NCBI GenBank assembly: GCA_964016885.1
Contig: OZ024742.1
Span: 69,006,001 to 69,070,000 of the forward strand
Length of the DNA stretch: 64,000 bases
Direction of reading: 5' to 3'
Source of the DNA: Eledone cirrhosa
Taxonomy: Eukaryota
Both the position numbers and the translations under genes were made by a program. Below are positions 38,258 to 51,245 of this stretch, piece after piece; position 1 is the first letter of the stretch, and each line of letters begins with the position of its first letter. The notes beneath the pieces are model-generated. The model ran no database searches and was not told the DNA's origin. It saw only the letters and a list, made by a program, of their open reading frames with translations.

Positions 38258-41200
38258 GGCGACCTACGTAGTAAATCGTATCATCGTGAGCTCCGCAAAG
38301 GTTTATTATTTCCGTTTGTTAAATATTGTCATTTATGGAAAATTTTATTGTTAACTGTTTATAAGGGCGGTGCCCCAGCATGGCCTCAGCCGGATGGCTG
38401 AAACAGGTAAAAGAGTAAAAGAGTAAGCGCACATACATTATTTTCCGAAAAGGACACCCAAAAAGATTGGGGCCTTGTGCCCAAAATTTAAACTTTTATT
38501 ATTATCAAAAAATTTCTTTGAAAAAAAATGGCTAATTCACCTCTGCACGAAGCAGCTGAAAGCCTTCCTCACAAATTAACACCTCACACCGACACCACCA
38601 TTGTAAATGTTACTACGTGTGCCAACACAAAAAAAATATAAGCACTAGCAATATTTTAAATTTGTCTCAGGCAGACATTCATTTCCCGCCATTACCAATG
38701 ACTGCAGGTGTTAAAGCCTCCACCACCACCACCACCGCGACAACAGAAACAAAAGAAGAAAAAAATAAATTAACTCGTGATGTCGAAATGAAATCAAGCA
38801 AAATGGACTCTTCCCCACCAAAGACGACTGACGTCACCACCACCACAACTGAAACTAAAATTAATATTAACGATAGCAACAACAACAACAATGACATTAT
38901 AACCCCCCCCCTCAGTTTCGCCAGAGTAGCAAAACAGTTCGAAGCATTTACGGTAACTCAGGAGGATTTAGAAAATTCCAAACAAATGGTAAAGAAAGAT
39001 GGGTACAGGGTCAGCCTCATCCCCCCCTAATAAAATGGAGCATCGGCGCCTATGCACCGTGTCGTATAGAACAATAAATGTAAAATCGCGCCGAGTGGAA
39101 CGGGCATCCGAGTCCCAAATCCAAAAAGCTTTGGGACATGTGTGGGCAAGAAAAACCCACATCAGACGTGGGCAAAAGTATGGAACCGTGGACGTGTTCT
39201 TTGAAACACCAGAGGAGGCTAGAGAACACTCCATGGCCCCATTAAGAAGTGACGACTTCACACTCGTCCCAAGCTATTGTGGCCAGAGACTCGTAAAGAT
39301 CAGGGTGACCCACGTTCCACCGGCCATCGAAATTCCCTGGCTAATAGCGGCTGTCCTCGCCGGCATCGAAGCCAACACGAAAATAATAGCAATAGCAAAA
39401 GAAAAGCAGGAGAACTTCTCTTCCTTCCCCCTCCAAAAACAAAATACAGAGGGAAACAAATAAATTAAGAAACAAAAAAGTTAGGACAGATATGCCACCA
39501 TCCACACCAGCATCACCAACCCCATCAACCCAAACACCAACACCATCACCATCATTAACCCCAACACCACCATCACCTACACCACAAAAGTCACCAAAAT
39601 GCGAAACAGAAACAAACCCACAACAAACGCAAACAAAACAAAACAACCAAAACGATACACACTACACAGCATTAAATTTGAACAACAAGCAATTATTACA
39701 CTACATCCAACACAAGACCAGCATCACAGAAAAAGACTACACAACAAACCCAAAATTCACACCACCTCCACACATACAAATCACTCGCATCACACAGAAA
39801 ACGTACATGACACTAAAACAAAAATTCCCCAAAGACATCGGAGACTTCCGACAAGCACTCTCCAGGAGGATTTATAAGGACATCCTTCCTGAGGAGGCCA
39901 CAAGCAGTGAAAAGGATTGAAAAACCGTCCTTCCCCTACGAGAAGTAAGGTAAGTGGTCTTTCCCATCTTTTCCACTCCTTTTCAACATGACCTCACTCA
40001 GAATAGGCAGCATAAATGCGCGTGGCTTGGGATCGTCATGGAAGCAGGGCCACCTGCTCAACGACCTCAGATCACTAAACATAGATGTAGTGGCCATCAG
40101 CGAGACCAGAATCTCCGAAGCACAGGCTTTCGCACCGATCTTCGGCGGCTACGATGTGTACGCATCTCCCAGCCGTCCGGGATCGGGGGGAGGAGTTGCT
40201 GTGCTTTTTCGGAGAGGTTTGGATCTTGCCATACGGGCCATCTTCCTGGACCCAGAAGGTAAGTTGGTGGTGCTGGACGTGACCAGCGGAGACGGGCAAG
40301 CTTTCAGGTTAGTGGCCGCCGTCTATGCCCCGACAGGAGCAGGGCGGCCTGATTTCTTCCGGCGTCTGGAGACCTTTCTTGGAACGTCCCGCTCTTTAGT
40401 GTTAGTGGGCGACTGGAACGGGATCTTAGATGCACGCTGGGATTGTGTGGGATTAGTGGATAGGCAAGGAGGGTGCAAGAGTCTCACCAACCTGCTCAGA
40501 CGTTTTGAACTGTCTGACAGGTACCGAATGGATTTCCCGAATGTACCAGTGTGGACTTGGATAAATCGCATAGGGTCATCCAGATCATATCTAGATAGAG
40601 TATTTTGTAGGGAAATAGATAGGTCTAGAATAGGCTGTCCACAATTCAAGATAGTCAGCTACACGGACCACAAATTCGTGATCTGTGTGCTTGACTTAGA
40701 TAGGCTTCATAGACGAGGACCCGGCTACTGGAAGCTAAACGCGTCCTTACCAGCGCGCAAGGCCTACAGAGACCGGATTAGCGAACTAGTTAAGCGGGCG
40801 TTGACGGGGGCCATCGTCAACAACAAGTGGTGGTTTGCTCTGAAAAGAGCAATTACAATAGAGTCCATTAGGTTTAGTAAGACTTTAGCAATAGAGAAAA
40901 ATAGAGCAGAGGGAGAATTAGTTAGAAAATTAGATGAGGCGCATAGCAAAGGCATCGCGACCGACGTACTTGCGGCGAAATTGGCCCTTGACCAATTCTT
41001 CAATGCAAAGCACGAAGGCTGCGTTGTCAGAGCTAGGGTGCGTGCTCTCAGACACGAGGGGACGAAAGACGTTCAATGGGCCCGAGTGGCGGAGGCGCGT
41101 CGTGGAAACAAAGCCACGATCCGGTCTTTGGTGGACCACGACGGGCGCATGCTACTCGATCCCGGGCAAATGTGTGAAGCTTTTCAGCGACACTTCGCTC

Positions 41201-43653
41201 AACTGTTCGGGGGCAGTGGCGGGCCGGATCGAGGGATGGACTTTAGTGTCTACCTCGACGGACTGCCGCGGCTTTCGGCCACTGAGGCGGAGTGTTGCAA
41301 AAAGCCGATAACAACCGCTGAAGTACGGGATGCAATGACTAGTTGCACAAGGTGTAAATCGCCTGGTTTGGATGGTCTGCCCTATGAACTTTACGTACAA
41401 ATGCCAAACTTGTTCGGAGGCCTCTTGGCGGACGTCTACTGCAACTGGCAACAGAACGGGAGAATTCCCAGCTCTGTGAGCCGGGGAGCGGTGGCGCTGC
41501 TGAGAAAGGATCCGAACAAGGGGGATAACATAGATAATTTTAGGCCCATAACTCTGCTAAACACAGAGTGCAAGATTTTGGCCAAGGTGCTAGCAAAGAG
41601 GTTGGCGCTTGTCGTTGGTGGTCTGGTGGGAGAGGCACAGACATGCGCCATTCCCGACAGATCCATCCAAGACAACCTCCACCTCATGCGATACATCGTA
41701 GAGAGGGTAGCTAGGGAACCTGGCACGGGTGGGTCTTTGATCAATTTAGATCAGTCGAAAGCCTTCGATAGGGTCGACCATCGTTACCTAGCGGCAGTCC
41801 TGAGGGCAGCTGGCTTTGGGCCCGTCTTCAGAGGCTGGATCGCTGCCATGCACAGCGACATCTGCTCTGTAGTGAGAGTGAACGGTCACCTTTCGGAACC
41901 GTTCAACATCATGCGCTCGGTCCGCCAAGGATGTCCCCTCTCGTCCCTATTGTACGTATTGACTCTCGAGCCATTACTGCACAAACTGGAGACGTTGAGG
42001 GGGGTCCCGCGCGAACTAGGATGCGGAAGATCCGTGTCAGCATATGCCGACGATGTCACCGTAGTGGTGTCGAACGCCAAACACATCGAGGCGATCGGCA
42101 CTACACTAAGAGAATACGAAGCGGTGACAGGAGCAATGATCAACCAGGAAAAGTCAGTGGGCCTGCAGCTCGGCACCTGGAGAGGCAGGTCCATGCCGTC
42201 CAACAGCGTCGTCGGGCGCTGGACGGACGGACCGGTTAAATTGCTAGGGGTCTGGTTCGGTCCAGACCTCCAGACGGACAAAAACTGGGACGAGGTGACG
42301 AGCAGGGTGGCTTCTCTCACCCAGAAATGGGCCGAGAGGAAGCTATCCCTGAAAGGTCGAGCGGAGGTGGCGAATGCGTACATCGCATCCGTCATCTACT
42401 ACCGCCTGACCGTCGTACCTTGTCCTAAGCCCCGCCTGACTGCGCTGGAGCGTTTGCTCTTTCGCTTCTTGTGGAAGGGACGCGCTCCGATGGTCAGGCG
42501 GTCCATCTGCTGTCAACACCCGCTACGTGGAGGGCTGGGCATGCCGTGGCTGATGATGCGCAGACACGCGCTCAGGCTACGACATCTCCACCTCTTCCTC
42601 GACGGTGATCAGGTGTGGTCGCCGTTTGCTAGACACGTTTTTCCCCAGCTTATCAGCTTGACGGAGCTGCAGTCCTGGGTCAAGCGAAGACCGAGAGGGA
42701 GCGCTTGGAGACTGGAATGTCTTCAGGCGCTCACAGCCCTCGACCAATCGGGCAATGTGATCGGTGGAAACTCCACCTTGGCGTTCTATAGGGGATTAGT
42801 GGAGGGGAAGAGCGACGACGTACTTAGAGAAACTCTAGGCGTCGACGAAAATCAACTAGCCAATCTCTTCGGAAGGACTTTCGGGCCGAGGCCTATGGAC
42901 AACTTCCAGAAATCCCTGGCCTGGCAGTGCTACCGAGGAGCTTTGCCAGTTCGGGATAAACTCTACAGGCATGGAGGTGCCGTCAGCCGGGCATGTCCGA
43001 GATGCGCGCAGGGCGACGAAACCGTCCTGCACGCACTCGTCCAGTGTCCGAGCATTGCTGACTTGTGGGTTTATGTCGAACACCTGCTGTCACGTGTAGG
43101 ACGGATCCAGCTATCAGCTGAGTCTATCGTGAGGATTGCCCCGCCCCCTTCCTTTAGCCGGGAAGGGCAGGAAGTTTTTATCTGTCTGGTGGCCATGGCG
43201 AAAGAGATAGTATGGTGGACACGTTTGAAAGGGCTAAAGACGAGCACTTACCTCTTCGGTGATGCCCTGATTAACTTTTTCAAATTCCATTTGAAAAGGA
43301 AAATCAGGGTAGAGAGGGAAGTGCTCTCTTCCCAGCATTTTGTTGAAAGATGGGTGAGAGAAGCAAGTATGGCCCGAATGAATGGGCCTTCTCTGAGTAT
43401 GTGTCTGTAAATTAAAGGTGGAAAACTGGGAGAGGGCACTTGCCCTGGTGGTCAGGGCCACTGTGGTCTTTTAATGGGCTTTCTCCACAAATGTCCCTCG
43501 GAAGTCTCCCCCCTATTGGGGAATTTTTCTTTGTTATTTTATTTCAACCTCTGTTTTTTTACACGCAGAAATGCCCATTTGTACCGTCCTGTATTGTCCT
43601 GTACTGTCCTTAATGTCTACTTTATGTAAACCCTTGTGGTTAATAAAGAAAAC
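38258..43653 (+). mobile_element. Apparently full-span Tx1/L1-clade LINE with disrupted ORF1 and intact ORF2
   Basis: 5' end shared with the copy at 45794; ORF1 pieces 38528-39920; ORF2; 3' UTR with AATAAA just before (ATT)n. Confidence 0.93.
39988..43410 (+). CDS. LINE ORF2: APE endonuclease, reverse transcriptase and C-terminal CCHC zinc finger (1140 aa, uninterrupted)
   Basis: SINARGL, ISET, VYAP, GDWN, YLDRVF, TDH, GYWKLN; SPGLDG, NFRPITLLN, KAFDRVDH, RQGCPLS, YADD; CPRC..ETVLHALVQC. Confidence 0.96.
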   Translation: MTSLRIGSINARGLGSSWKQGHLLNDLRSLNIDVVAISETRISEAQAFAPIFGGYDVYASPSRPGSGGGVAVLFRRGLDLAIRAIFLDPEGKLVVLDVTSGDGQAFRLVAAVYAPTGAGRPDFFRRLETFLGTSRSLVLVGDWNGILDARWDCVGLVDRQGGCKSLTNLLRRFELSDRYRMDFPNVPVWTWINRIGSSRSYLDRVFCREIDRSRIGCPQFKIVSYTDHKFVICVLDLDRLHRRGPGYWKLNASLPARKAYRDRISELVKRALTGAIVNNKWWFALKRAITIESIRFSKTLAIEKNRAEGELVRKLDEAHSKGIATDVLAAKLALDQFFNAKHEGCVVRARVRALRHEGTKDVQWARVAEARRGNKATIRSLVDHDGRMLLDPGQMCEAFQRHFAQLFGGSGGPDRGMDFSVYLDGLPRLSATEAECCKKPITTAEVRDAMTSCTRCKSPGLDGLPYELYVQMPNLFGGLLADVYCNWQQNGRIPSSVSRGAVALLRKDPNKGDNIDNFRPITLLNTECKILAKVLAKRLALVVGGLVGEAQTCAIPDRSIQDNLHLMRYIVERVAREPGTGGSLINLDQSKAFDRVDHRYLAAVLRAAGFGPVFRGWIAAMHSDICSVVRVNGHLSEPFNIMRSVRQGCPLSSLLYVLTLEPLLHKLETLRGVPRELGCGRSVSAYADDVTVVVSNAKHIEAIGTTLREYEAVTGAMINQEKSVGLQLGTWRGRSMPSNSVVGRWTDGPVKLLGVWFGPDLQTDKNWDEVTSRVASLTQKWAERKLSLKGRAEVANAYIASVIYYRLTVVPCPKPRLTALERLLFRFLWKGRAPMVRRSICCQHPLRGGLGMPWLMMRRHALRLRHLHLFLDGDQVWSPFARHVFPQLISLTELQSWVKRRPRGSAWRLECLQALTALDQSGNVIGGNSTLAFYRGLVEGKSDDVLRETLGVDENQLANLFGRTFGPRPMDNFQKSLAWQCYRGALPVRDKLYRHGGAVSRACPRCAQGDETVLHALVQCPSIADLWVYVEHLLSRVGRIQLSAESIVRIAPPPSFSREGQEVFICLVAMAKEIVWWTRLKGLKTSTYLFGDALINFFKFHLKRKIRVEREVLSSQHFVERWVREASMARMNGPSLSMCL

Positions 43654-43689
43654 ATTATTATTATTGTTATTATTATTGTTATTGTTATT

Positions 43690-45709
43690 CCTTGAATCTC
43701 AGTCATTGATGTTGGTTAACTGGAAAGTCCGTTGGATTGAATATCAAGCCACTACCTGCAGCCTCAGATATTCAGGACGTATCGGAGGGTTCTTGCCGTT
43801 CCAAGCAAGCATGCCTTTTGAAGCGTTCCAAAAAGCGTGAAGGGGCCGATTTTCTTTAACCATCCCTGGAAACCTTTGGAGATAGTCCCCAGTGCGCCTA
43901 TGATAATCGGGATCACTTTGACTTCATGGCAGTTCCAAATCCTTTTCACCTCCCACTTTAGGTCCTGGTATCGGTTAATTTTCTCCCTCTCCTTCTCTTG
44001 CACTCTCGTGTCGAACGGGCAGGCCACATCCACAATCAGGCACGATCTTTTTTCTTTGTCCACAACCACCAGGTCAGGTCTATTGTGTTCCAGTTTTTTG
44101 TCCGTCTGTATCCTAAAATCCCACAGCACCTTCACCTGACTGTTCTCCATCACCGCCTCTGGCCTATGCTCATACCATTTCTCAGAATGTGGTAGATTGT
44201 TTACTTTGCACAGGTGCCAGTGGATCACCCTGCCCATCACATCGTGTCTTCAGCCCTTATAGTGGGTCTGGGCTAGGTGTTTACACTCGGACACAATGTG
44301 AGCCACAGTCTCCTCTCTCTCTCCACAGATCCTGCACAGTGGGCTAGCCTCCTCCTTGTAGATATGGTGCTTCAACCACTTCGTTTTGAGGGCCTGCTCC
44401 TGCGCAGCCATTAGCATTCCTTCTGTAGCCTTTTTGAGGTCTCCTCTTCTCAACCAGTTCCATGTCTGTGGATCTCTAAATTCAGTTTTCTCAAAAAAGG
44501 TACTATGAAGGGATTTTCCCTTAAGGCTGCTCTTCCTCCTTGATGTTATTTCCTCCTTGGGTATCCCCTGGCCTACTGTCCCCTCCTTCAGTACAGCTCT
44601 GAGCATTGGCTCCTTACTATAGGTCACGTATTTGTATAGGTTGTTTTTCTCCATCTGAACACAGTCCTCTATGCTGATAAGACCTCTTCCACCCTCAGAT
44701 CTCCTTAGGTAGAGTATATCGACATCACTCCTCTTGTGGAACATGTTGTAGATAGTCAATAGCTTCCTAGTCTTCCTATCCATTTCTTTTTGTTCAGCAA
44801 CATTCCATCTCAGGATTCCCGCACTGTACCTAATAATAGACACAGCTCGGGAATTTACTGCGCTTATGGCATTTCTGCTGTTCAGATGTGACTTCAATAC
44901 GCTCCTTACTCTCCGAATGTATTCAGTTCTTAACAATTCCTTCATTTTTTTGTTCTTTATGCCATCAGCCTCCAGAACGCCCAAATACTTGTATCCTTCC
45001 TCAGAGTCAATTTCCTTTATCATCTCACCTGTTGGTATCTGGATCCCGTTACTTCTGCTCAACCTACCCCTCCTCATCACAATGACTCCACATTTACCAA
45101 TACCAAACTGCATACATATATCACTGCTGAAAATACGGACAGTGTCAACAAGCACATCCAACTCCTTCTCACTTTTCCCGAAGAGCTTAAGATCGTCCAT
45201 GAAGAGGAGGTGGTTGATGGTAAGCTCTCCCCTTCCCAACTTGTATCCTGCTCTCACTTTTCGCAGCATAATGGTCAAGGGCATCAGGGCAAGGACAAAC
45301 AACAGAGGGGACAGGCTATCTCCCTGGAAGATACCTCTCTTGATCTTCACGCTTCCCAAGGATACTCCAGTTGATGTCAACTCTGACTCCCAGGACCCCA
45401 TACTCCTGCCCAGCAACTGTCTGATGTTATCTGCCACCCTGAAGATCTCCAGGCTTTTGGTGATCCAGGAATGAGGCACCATGTCAAGTGCCTTTCTGTA
45501 GTCTATCCATCCCATGGCAAGATCAGTGTGTCTCCTCCTGCAATTCCCCATTACCATCTTATCAATAAGCAACTGGTCCTTTGTACCACGTGACTTCTTT
45601 CGGCATCCTTTCTGTTCGTCCGGCAACAAGTTGTTTGTGTGGAGGTGATGGTAGATTTCCTCAGACACAATGCTCGTCAACAGTTTCCACATTACGGGCA
45701 GACATGTGA

Positions 45710-45710
<1 letters not shown>
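43690..45710 (-). mobile_element. 5'-truncated R4/Dong-like LINE, second subfamily
   Basis: [11 protein letters not shown]...[42 protein letters not shown]; one TGA at 44250-44252 before RHD; (AAT)n on both ends. Confidence 0.94.
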
Positions 45711-45791
<81 letters not shown>

Positions 45792-45793
45792 TT

Positions 45794-48700
45794 TGGCGAC
45801 TAACTTAAGAAATCAAATTATCGTGAGCTCCACAAATGTTTGTTGTTTTCAATTGTTTCGAATTGCCAGTTATGGAAATTTTTTGTTGTTATAAGTTCAT
45901 ATATATTGCTTTCTGAAAAGGACACTCAATAATATTGGGTCCTTATTGGTTTGACAAAATTTGACACTTTTTTTTGTCAAACAAACAATTTAAAAAAATA
46001 TGGATGGCATTCTGCTACCCAAATGTGCTGACAGCAGCTCTAACATACCAACATCTACCATCACCACCATCGAAAGCCTTGATACAGGTGCTAAGACCGA
46101 AAATGTTTTCGCTACCAGCAGCAACAGCAATAGCAGTTACTTAGGTTTGCCACGTGCAGACGTAGATTTTCCCGCCCTTACCAATGTCTACAGGTGTTAA
46201 AGCCGCCATCTCCACCACAACAATGTCGAAGAGTACATACATCCCAGACCACTGATACCACCACCACCACCACCACCACCACCACGACCACCACCACCAC
46301 GACCACCACAACCACGACTACCACCACCACCACCACCACAACAACAACAACTGAAACTAAAAATAATAATAACAAAAATAAGAATAACAACAACACCAAC
46401 ACCAGCGCAAAACCAAATGTGTTTTTTTCTAAAGCGGCTAACAAAAACGAAACAATTGAGGTAAGTCAGGAAGAACTGAATGAGGCCAGGCGAATGGTGA
46501 AAATAAAACGGTTACAGTGTCAGCCTCACTCCTGCCATCAAATACCATGTAACATCGGCGCCTATGCACTGTATCTTTTCGCACGATCAATATAAAAACA
46601 CGCCGAAAGGAGCGGGCATCTGAGTCCCAGATCCAAAAAGCTTCGGAACATGTGTGGGCTCAAAAAACCCACATCAGACGTGGACAAAGATATGGAACCG
46701 TGGACGGTTCCAGTGACTCAACCATCAAAACCAGCAGCAGAAATGGCAGTAACAACTGTAGCAGCAACAGTAGCAAGACCAACACCACCACTGCCCACCG
46801 CGCTTGAAGTAGCACTAGCGCCTCCACCTTCCACCTCACCACAACCAACGCCAACGCCTGTGGAGGACATTCCCTTCCCCGACCTCTCACAACTGGAGAC
46901 GAATTGTGACGAGGAGGAGGGGTGGGAAACTGTATCTGGAAAAAAAAGAAAAAACTCTATTGCTTCGCCCTCCAAAAAGAAAATAAAGGGCGAATCAAAC
47001 AAACAAACTAGCAAAAAAGTTAAGAGAGCTCCACCAACATCCACACCAGCATCACCAGCCCCATCACCACAAACACCAACACCATCACTATCATTAACCC
47101 CAACACCACCATCACCAACACCACAAAAAAACACCAACAAGCGAAACAGAAACAAACCCACAACAAACGCAAACAAAACAAAGCAACCAAACCGATACCC
47201 ACTACACAGCATTAAACTTGAACAACAAGCAATTATTACACTACATCCAACACAACACAGAAAAAGACTATACAACACCCCAAAAATTCACACCACATAC
47301 AAATCACTCGTATCACCCAGAAAACGTACACAACACTAAAATTAAAATTCCCCAAGGACATCAGAGACTTCCGCCAAACACTTTCCAGGAGGATATATAA
47401 AGACATCCTTCCGGAGGGAGACATAAGCAGTCAGAAGGACGGAAAAACCATCCTTCCTCCACAAAAAACTGAGGTAAGTGGTCTTTTCCATCTTTTCCCA
47501 CTCCTTTTCAACATGACCTTACTCAGAATAGGCAGCATAAATGTGCGTGGCCTGGGGTCGTCATGGAAGCAGGGTGACCTGCTCAACGACCTCAGGCCAA
47601 TGAACATAGATGCGGTGGCCATCAGCGAGACCAGAATTTCCGAGGCACATGCCTTCGCACTCATCTTCGGCGTTTACGATGTGTACGCATCTCCAAGCCA
47701 GCCGGGATCGGGAAGCGGAGTCGCTGTGTTGTTTCGGAGAGGCCTGGATCTCGTGATACAGACCATCTTCCTGGACCCAGAAGGTAAGTCGGTAATACTG
47801 GACGTGACCAGCAGCAAAGACTATGCTTTTAGGCTAGTGCCTGTTTATACCCCGACATGGGCCTGATTTCTTCAGGCAACTGGAGACCTTCCCAGGAACG
47901 TTCCGCTCTTTAGTTTTAGTGGGCGATTGGAACGGGATGTTGGATGCACGCTGGGATTATGTGGGATTAGCAGTACCAACTGGATTTCCCGAATGTGTCA
48001 ATGTGGACATGGACAAACCGTATAGGTTTATCCAGATCGTATCTAGATAGAGTATTTTGTAAGGAAATAGATAGTTGTAGTATAGGTTGTCCACAATTCA
48101 AAATAGTCGACTTCACAGGCCACAAATTCCTGACCTGTGTGGTCGATTTAGATAGGTTTCATAGATAGGGACCCGGCTACTGGAAGCTAAACGCATCGTT
48201 GACAGCGTTCAATGCCTACAGAGACCGGATTAGCGAACTAGTTAAGCGGGCGTTGACGGGAGCAACCGTCAACAACAAATGGTGGTTCGCCCTGAAAAGG
48301 ACGATTAGAATGGAGTCCATTAGGTTTAGTAAGGAGTTAGAAATAGAGAAAAATAGAACAGAGGGAGAACTAGTTAGAACATTAGACGAGGCACTTCGTA
48401 AAGGCATCACGACTGATGTGCTTGCAGAAGCGAAATTGGCCCTCGACCGATTCTTCAACGCAAATCACGAAGGCTGCGTTGTCAGAGCTAGGGCGTGTGC
48501 TCTCAGAAATGAGGGGACGAAAGCCGTTTGATGGGCCCGAGTGGCGGAGGCGCGTCGTGGCAACAAAGCCACGATCCGGTCTTTGGAAGACCACGACGGG
48601 CGCATGTTACTCGAACCCGAGATAATGTGTGCGACTTTTCAGCGGCACTTCGCTCAGCTGTTCGGGGCAATGATGGGTCAGATCGCAGGATGGACTTTAT

Positions 48701-48843
48701 GGCCTACCTCGACGGACTACCGCAGCTCTCGGCCACTGAGGCGGGGTGTTCCGAAAGGCCTATAACAGCCACTGAAATATGGGTAGCAATGACTGATTGC
48801 ACGATGGGTAAATCGCCTGGTTTGGATGGTCTGCCCTACGAGC
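45794..48843 (+). mobile_element. Older Tx1/L1-like copy, 3'-truncated within ORF2
   Basis: Homologous 5' end and ORF1 pieces; MTLLRIGSINVRGLG ORF2 start at 47513; ends at SPGLDGLPYEL; multiple frameshifts. Confidence 0.9.
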
Positions 48844-48899
48844 TTGGTTCTGGATGTTGTGACAAGTGTTTTGCTGCTTTCGTAAATCTTTAACTTATT

Positions 48900-50890
48900 G
48901 TTGAACATTTTAGAGTTTAGTCATATATATTTTTTATTCTAGAACATTGTTAAACAAACTAACCCCGGAAGGTCGTAGTCGCTTTTCTTTGTTTCTCGTC
49001 TCTCGGGACAGAAATTCAAAAAATTTCTTTTGGATTTTGTTTTGTAAAATTATAATCTCACAGGATGGCATCGCTTTTCCTCCCATTCACACATACAGAA
49101 TCACACCCATCTCCACTGCATCACCATTGCAACAGGCAGTAAGAGCAACGACTTCTTAAGCATGTGCCAGCATGACAGCCAACTCCACCACCAACGCCAC
49201 GACAACGACGAGCACCACCACCGCCGCAATGGGTGAAGATATTCACAGAAGCAACAAAGACTGAACCACGAAGAAAGACGAGATAACATATAAAAATGTT
49301 CTACTAGCGCCAGAGATAACATTACGACAAAGAACAATATCGACGAAATTATAGAAAAAAAAATCAATAATGATATCAAAGGTGGTGATAATCATCATCA
49401 TCATAAGCAGAAACAAGACTATTATCGCTAGCCACAGATCAAATGCTGGTGGTTATGCCAATGCCATTAGTAGGAGAAAACCCCAAGACAGGGAAGATTT
49501 CAAAATACAGTATAGAAAATGTATCATAGTGCCTGACACACTCACACTCTCAGAATAAAGGTACTCTAACCGTACACAAGTTATAATAGAAAACAAAGTC
49601 AACACCCGACCCCGGCTCAGGAAGAATTGTGCTCGCAAAACGTTTGGAGCCCCATATGGTAAATTGATAGACGAAAGAAGTTTAGGACCTTTCTGTCACA
49701 ATGCACCATCGAGGACTTCCGCAGACTTTCGACAATTGTGTGTGTTTCTGGAGATTACCTCCGCCTGTCTTATTACATAGAAAAGCGCGTGACCAAGGTC
49801 ACAATTCATCATATCTTGCCACAGTTTGAACTGAGTTATATCGAAATGCTAATGGAGGAACACAAAGAAATTGTTAAAGCAAATTCAGCAACTCTCCAAA
49901 ATTGGTAAAATATTTATTTGCAGCTGCAAATACTGCTCACTCTCATAAGCCTAGTATCAGTCCCCTATCGAATTCAACTTAAGTGGGAGAACAAAGGAGG
50001 TGTGGTGGTAAATGGAAGTTCCAGGTGCTACTTATGTAGTAGCTCCAACACTAAAGACTTTCTGTTCTCAAATAATGGGTGAATGGGTGGGAAATCTCCT
50101 TTGCTGCCACCATCACAACCACATCAACAATTATAACAAGAAAAATAGCAGCAGGAAGTCAGAATAGCAGCATTTGTAACAATAGCTACAATAGGATTAG
50201 AAAAACACGCAGATTCCATAGAAACCCCAGAAAGAAAAATAGTCAATTGCAAAAACAAAACAGGACACCGAGCTACCAAATCCCCTTTTCTCAGCTTCTA
50301 ACAAACATAAACATGCGTACATGTTCTGACATAACTCTCTCCTACTTTACCTCAGACTAGTTGGTCGTAGTAAAAAATCATTGTCTGAGGTCTTCATAGG
50401 AGGAAAAAGAAAACAAAACCCAGGAAACCGTGGAAAATAAAGGAAAAAATCAGTTCTACACTCAGTCGATACATATCCACAACATCACTAGCAAAAGAAA
50501 AAATAACAACCACCATAAGGGTTAATTCCACGATCACACCATGACGGGGAAAACACAAAGACACAATATCAAAAGAAACAGCATGAATTATAACAACCAA
50601 ACACACTCATAATCTGCCCAATTTCACAGATATAAACAAACAGAATGTGGAGTTGATGAGCTGCTTACAACAAAATAAAAACACAATAGCAAGAAAGAGA
50701 AAGGGAAATTGAGAAAACATTTCCTAAACTACCAGAACACGGGTTTCTAATAAAAACAAGGAACTCGGAGAGAGATTTCCAAATGATGTGGGTTTGGGGA
50801 CTATTAAAAGAAATGTCAATAAATGACTTTTAGATGGGACACTAAGGAAGTACTCCTCAACTTGCGTAAAAATCATTTCGCTCGTACTTA
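48900..50890 (+). mobile_element. Highly degenerate LINE 5'/ORF1-like remnant
   Basis: A/C-rich sense strand and an ORF1-like layout similar to 38500-39920; no intact frame. Confidence 0.35.
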
Positions 50891-50973
50891 CAAAGGACGG
50901 AGATAAGTGGCTTCTTTAATTTTAATCTTACTGATGATTATGGCATTAATAAGAGTAGTCATTATGAATGCAC

Positions 50974-51245
50974 ATGGCCTATTGGTTAGGGTGTTGGACT
51001 TACGTTCATAATGTCGTGTGTTCGATTCCTGGGCTGGGTTGAGTGCTGTGTTTTGAGTAAAACACTTAATTTCGCGTTGCTGTAGCATATTCAACTGAAA
51101 ATGAGTACCAGTAATAACTGGAGGGGGGGGGGGGGGGTGACGGTAACATTGCGATGGACTGGCGTCCTGTTCAGTGGGGAGTCTTGGACTCTCAATCGAT
51201 TCACACAACGAAATTGGGATAAGTACCGGCCTAACAAGCTGGAGA
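50974..51245 (+). mobile_element. tRNA-derived SINE of a second family
   Basis: TGGCCTATTGGTTAGG A-box, GTTCGATTCC B-box, then TTGAGTAAAACACTT..AAATGAGTACC core. Confidence 0.75.

Noticed and set aside
40075-43461. Several antisense and alternative-frame ORFs over LINE ORF2 (also 44866-45474 and 15195-15692)
   Set aside because: Shadow ORFs of GC-richer coding sequence with no recognisable motifs.
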